DNA of 64,000 nt from Chloroflexota bacterium (GCA_045863195.1 BTUI01000007.1:50327-114326); one strand, 5' to 3'. Counted from the stretch's first letter, positions 43,425 to 53,762 are shown. Translations and numbers: made by a program. The notes: generated from the sequence alone by a model not told the origin.

Positions 43425-44174
43425 CTAGCCGCGCTGGAAGATCAACTGCAGTTCGATGATGCCGCGCTCCTCCACGGAGACGACGCTCAGCGCTCGCGGC
43501 GCCTCGATGTCGTAGTCAGCGAACTCGATCGGCAGCGAACCGACGACCACCACGAGGCCGCTCGCGAGCGTGCCCTGCAGCGGGAACGTGACGCGCTGCG
43601 TTACGCCGTGCAGCGTCAGGTCGCCCACGGCCACGGCGCTGATCTCGACGCCCTCGGCGGGCATCCCTTCGATCGCGATCGGCTCGGCGAGCACGAACGT
43701 GGCCTCCGGGAACGTGCCGTACTCGATCCCCTGGCGACGCAACTGGCCGTCACGACGCGAGTCGTCGCTCTTGAGCGCCGTCATATCCGCGACGACCTCC
43801 ACCGAGGTGATCGCGGAGCCGTCGAACGAGAGTGAGCCGCTGACGACGCTCGTGCGGCCGACCGCCTCGGTCGCGCCTACCGAGACCAGTTCTTCCTTCA
43901 CGCGGTAGCCGACGAAGGAGTCGCCCGCGACAAGGGTCCACGTGCCGGCGAGCGCGCCGTCGCCGCCGGCTGCCGGCGTCGCGTCAGAGGTGGCGGTCGC
44001 GGTCGCCTCGGTGGTCGCACCGGAGGCGGCGGGCGTCGCCGTCACGGAGGCGACGGCGTCCGCGAGGGACACCGGTGCCGGGTCATCGCCGCGCAGGAAG
44101 AAGTACCACCCGCCAAACAGGGCGGCGGCCACGACGGCCGCCACGCCCACCATCAAACCCAGCCGTGCGGTCAT
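43425..44174 (-). CDS. YceI-family protein with N-terminal membrane anchor
   Basis: ..GTWTLVAGDSFVGYRVKE.., ..MTALKSDDSRRDGQLRRQGIEYGTFPEATF.., ..LTLHGVTQRVTFPLQG.. Confidence 0.82.
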   Translation of the reverse strand: MTARLGLMVGVAAVVAAALFGGWYFFLRGDDPAPVSLADAVASVTATPAASGATTEATATATSDATPAAGGDGALAGTWTLVAGDSFVGYRVKEELVSVGATEAVGRTSVVSGSLSFDGSAITSVEVVADMTALKSDDSRRDGQLRRQGIEYGTFPEATFVLAEPIAIEGMPAEGVEISAVAVGDLTLHGVTQRVTFPLQGTLASGLVVVVGSLPIEFADYDIEAPRALSVVSVEERGIIELQLIFQRG

Positions 44175-44295
44175 GCGTGCCCTCCGAGGGGTATGGATGC
44201 GCGGAAACCCGAACGTACCCGCGACCCGCTATCGAAGTGTGAATGGCACGCAGCGTCGCCGGGGGGAGGTAAGGAGGGCGTAAGCCCCTCGACCG

Positions 44296-45093
44296 TCACG
44301 GCCGGCGAAGGCGCACCACCAGCACGGGCGGCAGCGCGTCCACCTCCGCCCAGCGTCCCCGCGCCACCGCGTCGAACGCCGGCTCCTCGAGCGCGTCGAG
44401 GACGAGGCCGGCCTCGAACGCCGGCGCGAGGAGCGACTGGAGCGGACGGTGGAAGTACGGCTGCGGCTCTGGCTGGCCGTGGATCGCCTGCCCGTAGGTG
44501 ACGGAGTCACGTCCGTAGCCGCTCACCTTCACAAAGCGACGCCGCTCCAGTCCGGTCGCCGCCTCGGAGACCTCCTCCACATGCACCGCGTGGGTGCCAT
44601 TGAAGGCCGGGTGCTGCACGGAGCAGACGAACGGCGCGCCCGGCCGCAGCAGCACCGCGAGCGCCCGGAACAGCGGCGCGATCTCCGCCATGTCCATCAG
44701 CACCATGTTGGCGCACGCCGCGTCGAACTCCCCCTCACCGAGGGCGCGCAACGCCTGCTCGTCGGTCGCGTCGACCTGTACGTAGGCGATGCGCGCCTCG
44801 GCCGCCGCGTCCCCGGTGGAGCGGGCACGCGCGCGCGCCAGCATCGTGCCGGATGCATCGATGCCAGTCACCTCGACGCCGCCGAGGGCGACTCGGCGGC
44901 AGGTCAGGCCGTTGCCACAACCCACGTCCAGCAGGCGCGAACCGGGAGCCAGCCCGAGGAGGCGCTCCGTCGCCGGCCACACGAGTTGGAGGTGCCAGTC
45001 GTTGCCTTCGCCCATGCGCTCGTCCCAGAAGGCGGCGTTCGCGTCCCACGCGCGCGTGGACTCGGCCTGGCCCGCACGGGGCTCCTCGGTCAT
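44296..45093 (-). CDS. class I SAM-dependent methyltransferase
   Basis: Motif I LLDVGCGNG. ..FDAACANMVLMD.. Confidence 0.85.
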   Translation of the reverse strand: MTEEPRAGQAESTRAWDANAAFWDERMGEGNDWHLQLVWPATERLLGLAPGSRLLDVGCGNGLTCRRVALGGVEVTGIDASGTMLARARARSTGDAAAEARIAYVQVDATDEQALRALGEGEFDAACANMVLMDMAEIAPLFRALAVLLRPGAPFVCSVQHPAFNGTHAVHVEEVSEAATGLERRRFVKVSGYGRDSVTYGQAIHGQPEPQPYFHRPLQSLLAPAFEAGLVLDALEEPAFDAVARGRWAEVDALPPVLVVRLRRP

Positions 45094-45154
45094 CGCGTGC
45101 CTCCTCCGACATCCGGGCGGCGGAGGCTAGGCGCGGAGCGCCCGGGAACGCAAG

Positions 45155-45180
45155 AGCGGCGGGCCGGATGGCCCGCCGCT
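45155..45180 (-). terminator. 11-bp GC hairpin after the acyl-CoA dehydrogenase gene
   Basis: agcggcgggcc-ggat-ggcccgccgct. On the minus strand it is followed by CTCTTGCGTT. Confidence 0.45.
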
Positions 45181-45205
45181 CGAGTGAGGTCGTCGTCGAC
45201 CGAGA

Positions 45206-46426
45206 CTAGCCGCGCGGCAGCCCGAGGCCGCGCGTAGCGATGACGTTGCGCTGGATCTCCGAGGTGCCGCCCGCGATCGTCGAGGAGACGGACGAGAGGT
45301 ACATCGTGCCCCAGCGGCCACCCATCGGGACGTACTGCGGGGCGTTGCCGCCGCGGACGCCGCCGTAGAGGCCCAGCGCCTTGGTCGCCGTGCGGGCAAT
45401 GCGCTGGTTGAACTCGGTGGAGAACACCTTCGTCATGGAGGCCTCGTGGTTGGGGATGAGCCCCCGGGCCTGCATGGAGATCACCCGCTGCGACAGCGTC
45501 TTCGCCACGGTCGCCTCGATGTAGCGGTCGGCGATCTCGAGACGCGGCGAGTCCACCTGGCCGAGGCGGCTCTGGCCGCTCTTCGAGTCGCGCTGCTCCT
45601 GCAGGTAGCCCTTCAGCGTGTCCAGCATCTTCATCTGGCCTACGGCCGAGCCGATCGAGGAGCGCTCGAAGTCGAGGTGCGTGGCGCCCACGTACCAGCC
45701 ACGGTTGATCTCGCCGACGGCGTTCCGGACGGGGACGCGGACGTCCTCGAAGAACGTCTCGTTGAAGCCGCGCGCGTCGCTCATCTGGACCAGCGGGCGG
45801 ACGGTGATGCCCGGCGTGCTCATGGGGAAGAGCAGGTAGGTGATGCCGCGGTGCTTAGGCGCCTCCGGGTCCGTGCGGACCAGCGCGAAGATCATGTTCG
45901 CGAGGTGCGCACCGGAGGTCCAGATCTTCTGGCCGTTGATGACGAAGTCGTCACCGTCACGCACGGCGCGGGTCTGGAGGCTGGCAAGGTCGGAGCCGGA
46001 GCCGGGCTCGGAGTAGCCCTGGCACCAGCGCGTCTCACCGCGCACCATCGGCGGCAGGAACTCCGCCTTCTGCTCCTCGGTGCCGTGCACCATGATCGTG
46101 GAGCCCACGTCCGGCACGCCCATGCGAGGGGCGCCGCGCTCCGCGATCGTCTCGTTGAGGATGAACTGCTCCATCGGGGAGAGCTCAGCGCCGCCGTACT
46201 TCTTCGGCCAGGCGGGGGCGATCCAGCCCTTGTCCACCAGCGCCGCGCGCCAGCGCTTGCGCGCGTCGCGACGGGCCTCGGAGCCGTCCTCGCCACCCGC
46301 CTCCTCGGCGGTGCGCGGGTCGGCGTTGTCGTTCACCGAGAGTTCGGCCGGGAAGTGCTGGGCGAAGAAGGCTTCGACCTCACGGCGGAAGACCGCCTGC
46401 TCCGGGCTGTCAGCGAAGTCCACCAT
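45206..46426 (-). CDS. acyl-CoA dehydrogenase
   Basis: ..RWCQGYSEPGSGSDLASLQTRAVRDGDDFVINGQKIWTSGAH.., ..GGTSEIQRNVIA... Start reset to ATG 46426 (GGGAGGGAA SD). The track's 632-aa form is a false extension. Confidence 0.9.
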   Translation of the reverse strand: MVDFADSPEQAVFRREVEAFFAQHFPAELSVNDNADPRTAEEAGGEDGSEARRDARKRWRAALVDKGWIAPAWPKKYGGAELSPMEQFILNETIAERGAPRMGVPDVGSTIMVHGTEEQKAEFLPPMVRGETRWCQGYSEPGSGSDLASLQTRAVRDGDDFVINGQKIWTSGAHLANMIFALVRTDPEAPKHRGITYLLFPMSTPGITVRPLVQMSDARGFNETFFEDVRVPVRNAVGEINRGWYVGATHLDFERSSIGSAVGQMKMLDTLKGYLQEQRDSKSGQSRLGQVDSPRLEIADRYIEATVAKTLSQRVISMQARGLIPNHEASMTKVFSTEFNQRIARTATKALGLYGGVRGGNAPQYVPMGGRWGTMYLSSVSSTIAGGTSEIQRNVIATRGLGLPRG

Positions 46427-46575
46427 CGAGTGCGATTCCCTCCCCGCGCGCTGCGCGGCACACCCGGGCGAGGCCCGGGCACCTGGCGGAATCGTAATCG
46501 AAGGGAAAACGACTTTCCAGTGAACGTCAGGGTGACGGTCTGGGGCGGCCTCGGGTGCCGCTGCCGGGCGCGGTG

Positions 46576-46758
46576 CTACCCGCGCTTCGGCCGGCGGCCG
46601 CGCTGCTCGCCCGGCACCAGTTCCTCGTGCAGCCCGGAGGACTGCCCGCCGGTGAAGGCGACGAACCCGCTCAGCGCGCCCCACGCCACAATGGCGATGC
46701 CCAGCGCGAACGGGATCGCGGCCGGGATCGTGATGGAGACTTCGAGGATGTTGTTCAC
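46576..46758 (-). CDS. small membrane protein (60 aa)
   Basis: GTG start with GGAGG 5 nt upstream. ..ITIPAAIPFALGIAIVAWGALSGFVAFTG.. Confidence 0.5.
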   Translation of the reverse strand: MNNILEVSITIPAAIPFALGIAIVAWGALSGFVAFTGGQSSGLHEELVPGEQRGRRPKRG

Positions 46759-46829
46759 CGGGGCCTCCGCAGGCTGCTGCCGTGGTTCCGCCGGTCAGTC
46801 TGTCCGCTACCGCCCCTGCTGGCAAGCGG

Positions 46830-47222
46830 TCATCGAGGCGGCAGGCCGGACGGCGCGGCCAGCGAGGCGTCCACCAGCCGCGAGGTGAACCGCACCACCG
46901 CGAAGTAGATGTAGGCGATGCGTGCGCACGCGCCGTCCCGGCGGCACTCACCACCGCTGAGGACGTGCGGCGCCGCGAGCAGGTCCGAGAAGAAGCCTCG
47001 GTCGCACCTCGCTCGGCCCTCCGCGTCGGGCATCCCCGCGAGCGGGGCGAGGCATTCGTCATGCCCGCGGCAGGCGTCGTTGAACCACCAGCCCAGCGGC
47101 ACATCCGGAGAGGCGGTGCAGTAGTCCACTTCCGGGGTGCGGAGCGCCTGCGCCCTCGCCGGCGGTGCCAGCGCCAGCCATCCGATCACGGTGGCGAGTC
47201 CTAAGATGGACAGACGGCGCAT
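46830..47222 (-). CDS. secreted prokaryotic-type phospholipase A2 homologue
   Basis: Signal peptide MRRLSILGLATVIGWLALAPPARA. ..DYCTASPDVPLGWWFNDACRGHDEC.. and ..RCDRGFFSDLL.. align, from memory, with the Streptomyces secreted PLA2 motifs DLCTQAPDNPFGFPFNTACARHDFGY / RIDSAFYEDM. Confidence 0.65.
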   Translation of the reverse strand: MRRLSILGLATVIGWLALAPPARAQALRTPEVDYCTASPDVPLGWWFNDACRGHDECLAPLAGMPDAEGRARCDRGFFSDLLAAPHVLSGGECRRDGACARIAYIYFAVVRFTSRLVDASLAAPSGLPPR

Positions 47223-47270
47223 GGAGCGGCCTCCCCGGCCCCCACCGCTCGCGGGGACAACGATCGAACC

Positions 47271-50200
47271 ATGACTGAGACGCCTCCATCCACCTCCGGC
47301 TCACCCCTGGACGCGTTCCACCCGGTCGTCCGGACGTGGTTCGAGCGGCGGTTCGGTGCGCCCACGGATGCGCAGGTGGAGGGCTGGCCGGCGATCCGGC
47401 GCGGCGGCAACACGCTCCTCGCGGCCCCCACGGGTTCCGGCAAGACGCTCGCCGCGTTCCTCGTGGGGATCGACGCGCTGGTGCGCGAAGCGGAGGCGGG
47501 GACGCTGGATGACCGCACGCGGATCGTGTACGTCTCGCCGCTGAAGGCGCTGGGCAACGACATCGAGCGCAACCTGGAGGTGCCGCTCGCCGGCATCCGC
47601 GCCGTCGCCGAGGAACTCGGCGTCGCGCTGGCGCCGATCACCACGGCAGTGCGTACGGGCGACACCACCGCGGCCGAGCGAGACGCGATCGCGCGGCGTC
47701 CCCCGCACATCCTCATCACCACACCCGAATCCCTCTACCTGATGGTGACGTCCGACCGCGGGCGGCGAGGGCTGGCGAACACGCGCACCGTGATCGTGGA
47801 CGAGATCCACGCGCTCGCACGCGACCGGCGCGGCACGCACCTCACGCTCACGCTCGCGCGCCTGGACCACCTCGTGCGCTCCGCCACCGGGCAGACGCCC
47901 GCGCGCGTGGGGCTCTCCGCCACGCAGCGGCCGATCGAGGCGGTCGCGGCGTTCCTCGCGCAGACCGGCGCGCCCTGCACCATCGTCGACCGCGGCCACC
48001 AGCGCGACCTGGAGCTGGCGATCGAGATCCCGCCCAGCGACCTGGAGGCGGTGATCCCGAAGGAGCAGATGGGCGAGCAGTACGACCGGCTCGCAGACCT
48101 GGTGCGCCAGCACCGGACGACGCTCATCTTCGTGAACACGCGCCGCATGTCGGAGCGGGTCGCACACGCCCTCGCGGAACGCCTCGGCGAGGACGCGGTC
48201 GCCTCGCACCACGGGTCAATCTCCAAGGAGCGGCGGCTGAGGGTGGAGCAGCGGCTGAAGTCCGGCAAACTCCGGGCGCTCGTCGCGACCGCCTCGCTCG
48301 AACTCGGCATCGACATCGGCAGCATCGACCTGGTCTGCCAGGTCGGGTCGCCGAGGAGCATCGCCACGTTCCTGCAGCGCGTCGGCCGCTCCGGGCACGC
48401 ACTGGGGCTGCGCCCGCACGGCCTGCTGTTCCCGACCACGCGCGACGAACTCGTCGAGTGCGCCGCGCTGGTCCGCGCGGTCCGCGCGGGCCGCCTCGAC
48501 CGGATCGTCATGCCGAAGCGGCCGCTCGACGTGCTCGCGCAGCAGATCGTCGCGGAGGTCGCCTGCGCCGAGGAGTGGGCGGAGGACGACCTGTACGCGC
48601 TGATGCGGCACGCCGCGCCGTACGCGCACCTCGACCGGCACGACTTCGACGAGATCGTGGAGATGCTTTCGGAGGGCATCGGCGAAGGCGCGGGCCGGGC
48701 GGCGCCGCTGCTGCACCGCGACCGCATCCACCACGTGCTCCGTCCGAGGCGTGCGGCGCGCCTCACCGCGCTGCAGAACGGCGGCACGATCCCGGAGACC
48801 GGCGACTACCGCGTGGTCTCGGAGCCGGACGGCGCGGTCGTCGGCACGGTGAACGAGGACTTCGCGATGGAGTCCAGCGGCGGTGACATCTTCCTGCTGG
48901 GGTCCACCTCCTGGCGCATCTCCCGCCTCGGCCAGTCCACCGTGTACGTGACGGACGCCGGTGGCGCGCCGCCCACGATCCCGTTCTGGCTCGGCGAGGC
49001 GCCGGGCCGCACCATCGAACTGTCGCAGGAGGTCGGCCGCCTGCGCCGCGAGGTCGCCGCCGGCCTCGACGGCGACCGCTCGGCGCTGCGCGCGTGGCTG
49101 GCGGAGGAGTGCGCGCTGCCGCCGCTCGGAGCGGACCAGATCATCGACTACCTCGCCGCGACGCGGGACGGCCTCGGGGTCGTGCCGAGCGACACGGACG
49201 TGGTGTTCGAGCGGTTCTTCGACGACACCGGCGGCATGCAACTGGTGGTGCACGCGCCGTTCGGGCAGCGCATCAACCGCGCCTGGGGGCTGGCGCTCCG
49301 CAAGCGGTTCTGCGTGGCGTTCGACTTCGAACTGCAGGCAGCCGCGAACGACGACTCGATCCTGCTCTCTGCCGGGCCGCAGCATTCCTGGCCGCTGGAG
49401 GAGGCGTACGAGTGGGTGAAGCCGGGGAACGTCGAAGAGGCGGTGCACTCCTCGGTGTTCTACATCCCGATGTTCCCGGCGCGCTGGCGGTGGAACACCA
49501 CGCGGGCGCTGGCGGTGCCCCGGATGCGCGGCGGCAAGCCGGTGCCACCGTTCCTCCAGCGGATGCGTGCCGATGACCTGATGGCGGCCGTGTTCCCGGA
49601 GCAGGTGGGCTGCCAGGAGAACATGCAGGAGCCGCTGACGCTCCCGGACCACCCGCTGATGCGCCAGACCATGCGCGACTGCCTCTTCGAGGCGATGGAC
49701 GTGGAGGGCCTGCGCGGCGTGCTGCAGCGGGTGGAGGCGGGCGCGATCCGCTACCACGCGCGCGACACCGTGGAACCCTCCCCGATGGCGCACGAGATCG
49801 TGAGCGGCCGTCCCTACACCTACCTGGACGACGCGCCGATCGAGGAGCGCCGCACGCGTGCGATCACGCTGCGGCGCGGCCTGCCCGAGCACGCTCGCGA
49901 CCTCGCCACGCTCGACCCAGAGGCGATCGCACAGGTGGCCGGCGAGGCATGGCCGCAGCCGCGCGATGCGGAGGAGGTGCATGACGCGCTCCTCGGCCTC
50001 GTCGTGGTGGACGAGGCGTGGGTGGAGGACTGGACCGTGGGGCTGGACGCGCTGGCGACGGCCCGCCGGGCCGCCTCGTTCGAGACGGCGGGGCGACGTC
50101 TCTGGTTCGCCGCCGAGCACCGCGAGGTGGTTGCGCTGATCTTCCCGGACGCCGCGATACCGTCACTCGACACCCCCGCGCACGCGCTCACCCGCCTCGA

Positions 50201-51545
50201 GCACCGCGAGGAAGCCCGCGCGCTCGCGCTGCGCGGCCACGCGGAGGCGTGCGGCGTGACGACGCCGGCCGACCTGGCGTCCCGCAGCGGCCTCGATGCC
50301 GGCGACGCGGAGCGCGGGCTGCGGATGCTGGAGGCGCAGGGCTTCGTGCTGCGCGGCCGCTTCACCCCTGGCGCGCCGGAGGACGAATGGTGCGACCGCC
50401 GTCTGCTGGCGCGCATCCACCGCTACACGCTCGACCGGCTGCGCCGGGAGATCGACCCGGCCTCCCGCCAGGATTTCATGCGCTTCCTGCTGCGCTGGCA
50501 GCACCTCGCGCCCGGTGCGCAGGTGGAGGGGCGCGGCGGGCTGCGACAGGTGATCGAACGCCTCGCCGGGTTCGAGGCGCCGGCGAGCGCGTGGGAAACG
50601 GAACTGCTGCGGCAGCGCATGGCCGTCTACCAGCCGTCATGGCTGGACGAACTCTGCCTCGCCGGGGAGGCCGCGTGGGCGCGCCTGACCCCGAAGCGGG
50701 TCGCCGGCGAGCCGGAGGTCGCGCGCCTCGCGGGCAGCGCCACCCGCGCGACCCCGATCACGATCGCGCCGAGGATGGCGGTGGGCTCGTTGCTCCTCGC
50801 CACGCGCGCCTACGGCCCGGGCGACCCGCCGCTCGGGGTGGCGGGCGCGGCCGGAGAGATCGCGGCGCTGCTCGCGCGGCGCGGGGCGCTCTTTTTCGAC
50901 GGGATCGTCGCGGAGACCCGCCGCCTGGTGACGGACGTGGAGCAGGGTCTGCGCGAACTGGTCGCGGCCGGGGTCGTTGCCTCCGACGGCTTCGAGGGGC
51001 TGCGCGAGCTCGCCGGCACGCGTCGCTCGGGCGGTCGTCGCGAGCGGTCACGCGGGGCGGGGAACTACCTCCGCGGCGGCCTCTTCGCCGGCGGTGGCCC
51101 GCCCGGCCGCTGGTCGCTCGTCCGCACGCCCGACCTCGAGGCGGCGGACGAGGACACGCTGGCCGAAGCGGTCGCGATGCGGCTGCTCCAGCGGTACGGC
51201 GTGGTGTTCCGCGACGTGGCGCTGCGCGAGCCGTTCACCATGCCGTGGCGGCTCGTGATGCGCGCCCTCCGGCGGATGGAAGCGCGTGGCACCGTCCGCG
51301 GCGGCCGCTTCGTCCTCGCCGTGGCCGGGGAGCAGTACGCGCTGCCGGAGGCGGTGACGCTGCTCCGCGCGGTGCGGAACGAGCCGCACACCGGCCAGCG
51401 CGTCACGGTCAGCGCGGTCGACCCGGTGAACCTCACCGGCGTGCTGCTGCCGGGCGACCGCGTGCCCGCGCAGCGAGGACGCACCGTGACGTTCGTGGAC
51501 GGGCTCCCCGAGCACGCCTCGCCGGAGGTCGCCGCGACGCGCTAG
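47271..51545 (+). CDS. lhr: Lhr-family ATP-dependent DNA helicase (long form)
   Basis: 1424 aa. ..FHPVVRTWFERRFGAPTDAQ..LLAAPTGSGKTLAAF (motif I), VDEIHAL (DExH), ..ASHHGSISKERR.., ..ATASLELGIDIG.., QRVGRSGH (motif VI). A long Lhr-type C-terminal extension follows. Confidence 0.92.
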   Translation: MTETPPSTSGSPLDAFHPVVRTWFERRFGAPTDAQVEGWPAIRRGGNTLLAAPTGSGKTLAAFLVGIDALVREAEAGTLDDRTRIVYVSPLKALGNDIERNLEVPLAGIRAVAEELGVALAPITTAVRTGDTTAAERDAIARRPPHILITTPESLYLMVTSDRGRRGLANTRTVIVDEIHALARDRRGTHLTLTLARLDHLVRSATGQTPARVGLSATQRPIEAVAAFLAQTGAPCTIVDRGHQRDLELAIEIPPSDLEAVIPKEQMGEQYDRLADLVRQHRTTLIFVNTRRMSERVAHALAERLGEDAVASHHGSISKERRLRVEQRLKSGKLRALVATASLELGIDIGSIDLVCQVGSPRSIATFLQRVGRSGHALGLRPHGLLFPTTRDELVECAALVRAVRAGRLDRIVMPKRPLDVLAQQIVAEVACAEEWAEDDLYALMRHAAPYAHLDRHDFDEIVEMLSEGIGEGAGRAAPLLHRDRIHHVLRPRRAARLTALQNGGTIPETGDYRVVSEPDGAVVGTVNEDFAMESSGGDIFLLGSTSWRISRLGQSTVYVTDAGGAPPTIPFWLGEAPGRTIELSQEVGRLRREVAAGLDGDRSALRAWLAEECALPPLGADQIIDYLAATRDGLGVVPSDTDVVFERFFDDTGGMQLVVHAPFGQRINRAWGLALRKRFCVAFDFELQAAANDDSILLSAGPQHSWPLEEAYEWVKPGNVEEAVHSSVFYIPMFPARWRWNTTRALAVPRMRGGKPVPPFLQRMRADDLMAAVFPEQVGCQENMQEPLTLPDHPLMRQTMRDCLFEAMDVEGLRGVLQRVEAGAIRYHARDTVEPSPMAHEIVSGRPYTYLDDAPIEERRTRAITLRRGLPEHARDLATLDPEAIAQVAGEAWPQPRDAEEVHDALLGLVVVDEAWVEDWTVGLDALATARRAASFETAGRRLWFAAEHREVVALIFPDAAIPSLDTPAHALTRLEHREEARALALRGHAEACGVTTPADLASRSGLDAGDAERGLRMLEAQGFVLRGRFTPGAPEDEWCDRRLLARIHRYTLDRLRREIDPASRQDFMRFLLRWQHLAPGAQVEGRGGLRQVIERLAGFEAPASAWETELLRQRMAVYQPSWLDELCLAGEAAWARLTPKRVAGEPEVARLAGSATRATPITIAPRMAVGSLLLATRAYGPGDPPLGVAGAAGEIAALLARRGALFFDGIVAETRRLVTDVEQGLRELVAAGVVASDGFEGLRELAGTRRSGGRRERSRGAGNYLRGGLFAGGGPPGRWSLVRTPDLEAADEDTLAEAVAMRLLQRYGVVFRDVALREPFTMPWRLVMRALRRMEARGTVRGGRFVLAVAGEQYALPEAVTLLRAVRNEPHTGQRVTVSAVDPVNLTGVLLPGDRVPAQRGRTVTFVDGLPEHASPEVAATR

Positions 51546-51572
51546 GCTCCCGTCCGCAGGGAAGGCGGCGGG

Positions 51573-52448
51573 ATGTCCGGACGCACACCAATCGAGCGGC
51601 ACGCGCAGGCGCGAGGGTACGACCTGGCGTACTGGGAGTGGCCCGGCGAGGGCACACCCGTCCTGCTGATCCACGGCATCGGGCTGCACGGACGCACTTG
51701 GGACCCGCTCGTCGATGCACTCCCGGACGGGACGCGCGTGATCGCACCCGACCTGCGCGGGCACGGCCGCTCCGAGATCCCCGCGCCGAAGGACGAGCAC
51801 CTGTGGTGGGGCGAACTGGGTGAGGACGTCGCCGCGCTCCTCGATGCGATCGACCTGCCGCCGGTGCTTGGCGTGGGCCACTCGATGGGCGGGCACTCGC
51901 TGATCTTCACCGCCGCGGCCGCGCCCTCGCGCTTCGCCTCGCTGCTGCTCTTCGACCCGACAGCCGGCGACCCGGAGCGCGCGAGGATCCCGGAGCCGCT
52001 GGAGAACGACGCTGCGGTCGCCCGCCGGCGCAACGACTGGGCCTCGCCGGACGAGATGTACGAGCGGTTCGCCGGGCGGCCGCCGTTTCAGACGTGGCAC
52101 CCGGCGGCGCTGCGGGCCTACTGCGACTACGGCCTGGTGCCGAACGGCGACCGCTTCGCCCTCGCCTGCCCGCCCGCGCTGGAGGCGACGATCTGGGGCG
52201 GCATGTCCCCCGGGCTGTATGACGCGATCGCGACGATCGAGGCCCCCGTCCACATCGTGCGGGCGGAGCCGCGCACATCCGACCAGCCGCCCGGCTTCAC
52301 GCCCTCGCAGACATGGCCGGGGCTGGTCGACTACTTCGCGCGCGGGAGCGACGAGCTCCTCGCCGGGCGCGGGCACTTCTTCGCCCTCGAGAGCCCGGAG
52401 GTCGCCGCCGCGTTCATCGTGCGGGCGCTGTCCCGCATCGCCGCCTGA
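51573..52448 (+). CDS. alpha/beta hydrolase
   Basis: ..VLLIHGIGLHGRTWD.., nucleophile elbow GHSMGG. Confidence 0.85.
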   Translation: MSGRTPIERHAQARGYDLAYWEWPGEGTPVLLIHGIGLHGRTWDPLVDALPDGTRVIAPDLRGHGRSEIPAPKDEHLWWGELGEDVAALLDAIDLPPVLGVGHSMGGHSLIFTAAAAPSRFASLLLFDPTAGDPERARIPEPLENDAAVARRRNDWASPDEMYERFAGRPPFQTWHPAALRAYCDYGLVPNGDRFALACPPALEATIWGGMSPGLYDAIATIEAPVHIVRAEPRTSDQPPGFTPSQTWPGLVDYFARGSDELLAGRGHFFALESPEVAAAFIVRALSRIAA

Positions 52449-52454
52449 CCGCGG

Positions 52455-52832
52455 CTACGGCGCGGGCGGCGTCTCGCGGGCGACGATCCCCACGATGTTG
52501 CCGGCAAGGTCGCGGAACATCGCGAACGTGACCATGCCGGGGATGGTCTCGACGTCCATCACCTTCTCGGCGCCATTCGCGACCGCCTTCGCGAGCGCAG
52601 CGGCGGGGTCCTCGACCTCGATGTAGATCGTGGTGCTGGCTCCAGCCGGGCTCGCCCCGACCGCGCCGCCGATGCCGTGGCCGGGCTCCACGTTCACCAT
52701 CGCGTAGTCCATCTCCGGCATGACGTCGTACGTCCAGCCGAAGGTGTCCGCGTAGAACTTCCGGTGCGCCGCCACGTCCTGGTCCGGCCCGCACATGATC
52801 TCGAAGTGGACGACTGGGTTGGGGGATGCCAT
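52455..52832 (-). CDS. VOC (glyoxalase/bleomycin-resistance) family protein
   Basis: ..VVHFEIMCGPDQDVAAHRKFYADTFGW.., ..FAMFRDLAGNIVGIV... AGGAGG SD. Confidence 0.82.
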   Translation of the reverse strand: MASPNPVVHFEIMCGPDQDVAAHRKFYADTFGWTYDVMPEMDYAMVNVEPGHGIGGAVGASPAGASTTIYIEVEDPAAALAKAVANGAEKVMDVETIPGMVTFAMFRDLAGNIVGIVARETPPAP

Positions 52833-52925
52833 CGCTGCCTCCTGCCTGTTCGAGGTGGGAGCCGGAGTCTACGCTTCGCACCACGAGATCATCCCGGTGC
52901 CGTGGCACCGCACGAGGAGTCACCG

Positions 52926-53729
52926 ATGGACCTACAACTCACCGGCAAGCGCGCGATCGTTACCGGCGGCAGCCGTGGCATCGGCAAGGCGATCGCCCGC
53001 GCCCTCGCGCGGGAGGGGGTGGACGTGGCCCTCGTCGCCCGCACGCGCGAGGCGCTGGAGGCGGCCGCCGAGGAACTCGCGCGGGAGACCGGGCGCAAGA
53101 TCGTCCCGATCGTCGCGGACACCTCGGACGACGAGTCGGTGCGCGGGATGGGCCGCCAGGCGGTCGCCGCGCTCGGCGGCGTGGACATCCTCGTGAACTG
53201 CGCGGCGCAGGCGGGTGGCCAGGGTCCGGTACCCGGCTTCGAGGCGATCACCGCGGACGGGCACATCTGGCCGGACATGAACGTGAAGGTGTTCGGCTAC
53301 CTGCGCACCGTGCAGGCCGTCGCGCCTCACATGAAGGCGCAGGGCTGGGGCCGCATCATCAACATCTCCGGCCTCGCCGCCCGCTCCGCGGGTTCCGCGA
53401 CCGGTTCGATGCGTAACGTGGCGGTCGCGGCGCTGACGAAGAACCTCGCGGACGAACTCGGCCCGCACGGCATCACCGTCACCGTCGTCCACCCCGGCCT
53501 CACCCGCACCGAGGCGACGGCGGGCGTCCTCGAACGGCGCGCGCAGGCGCAGGGGATCACGGTCGCGGAGGCGGAGGCGCGTATGGCGGAGGGCAACACC
53601 GTCCGCCGCATCATCGACGCGGACGACATCGCCTACATCGTCGCGATGCTCGCCTCGCCGCGGTCAATCGCGATCAACGGCGACGCGATCGCCGCCGGGG
53701 GCGGCGTCCCGCGCGCGATCTACTACTAG
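52926..53729 (+). CDS. SDR-family oxidoreductase
   Basis: TGGSRGIGKAIA (TGxxxGxG) and ..NCAA... GAGGAG SD. Start reset to ATG 52926. Confidence 0.88.
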   Translation: MDLQLTGKRAIVTGGSRGIGKAIARALAREGVDVALVARTREALEAAAEELARETGRKIVPIVADTSDDESVRGMGRQAVAALGGVDILVNCAAQAGGQGPVPGFEAITADGHIWPDMNVKVFGYLRTVQAVAPHMKAQGWGRIINISGLAARSAGSATGSMRNVAVAALTKNLADELGPHGITVTVVHPGLTRTEATAGVLERRAQAQGITVAEAEARMAEGNTVRRIIDADDIAYIVAMLASPRSIAINGDAIAAGGGVPRAIYY

Positions 53730-53762
53730 CGCGACGACTCGCGCCGCACATCGCGCCTCAGG

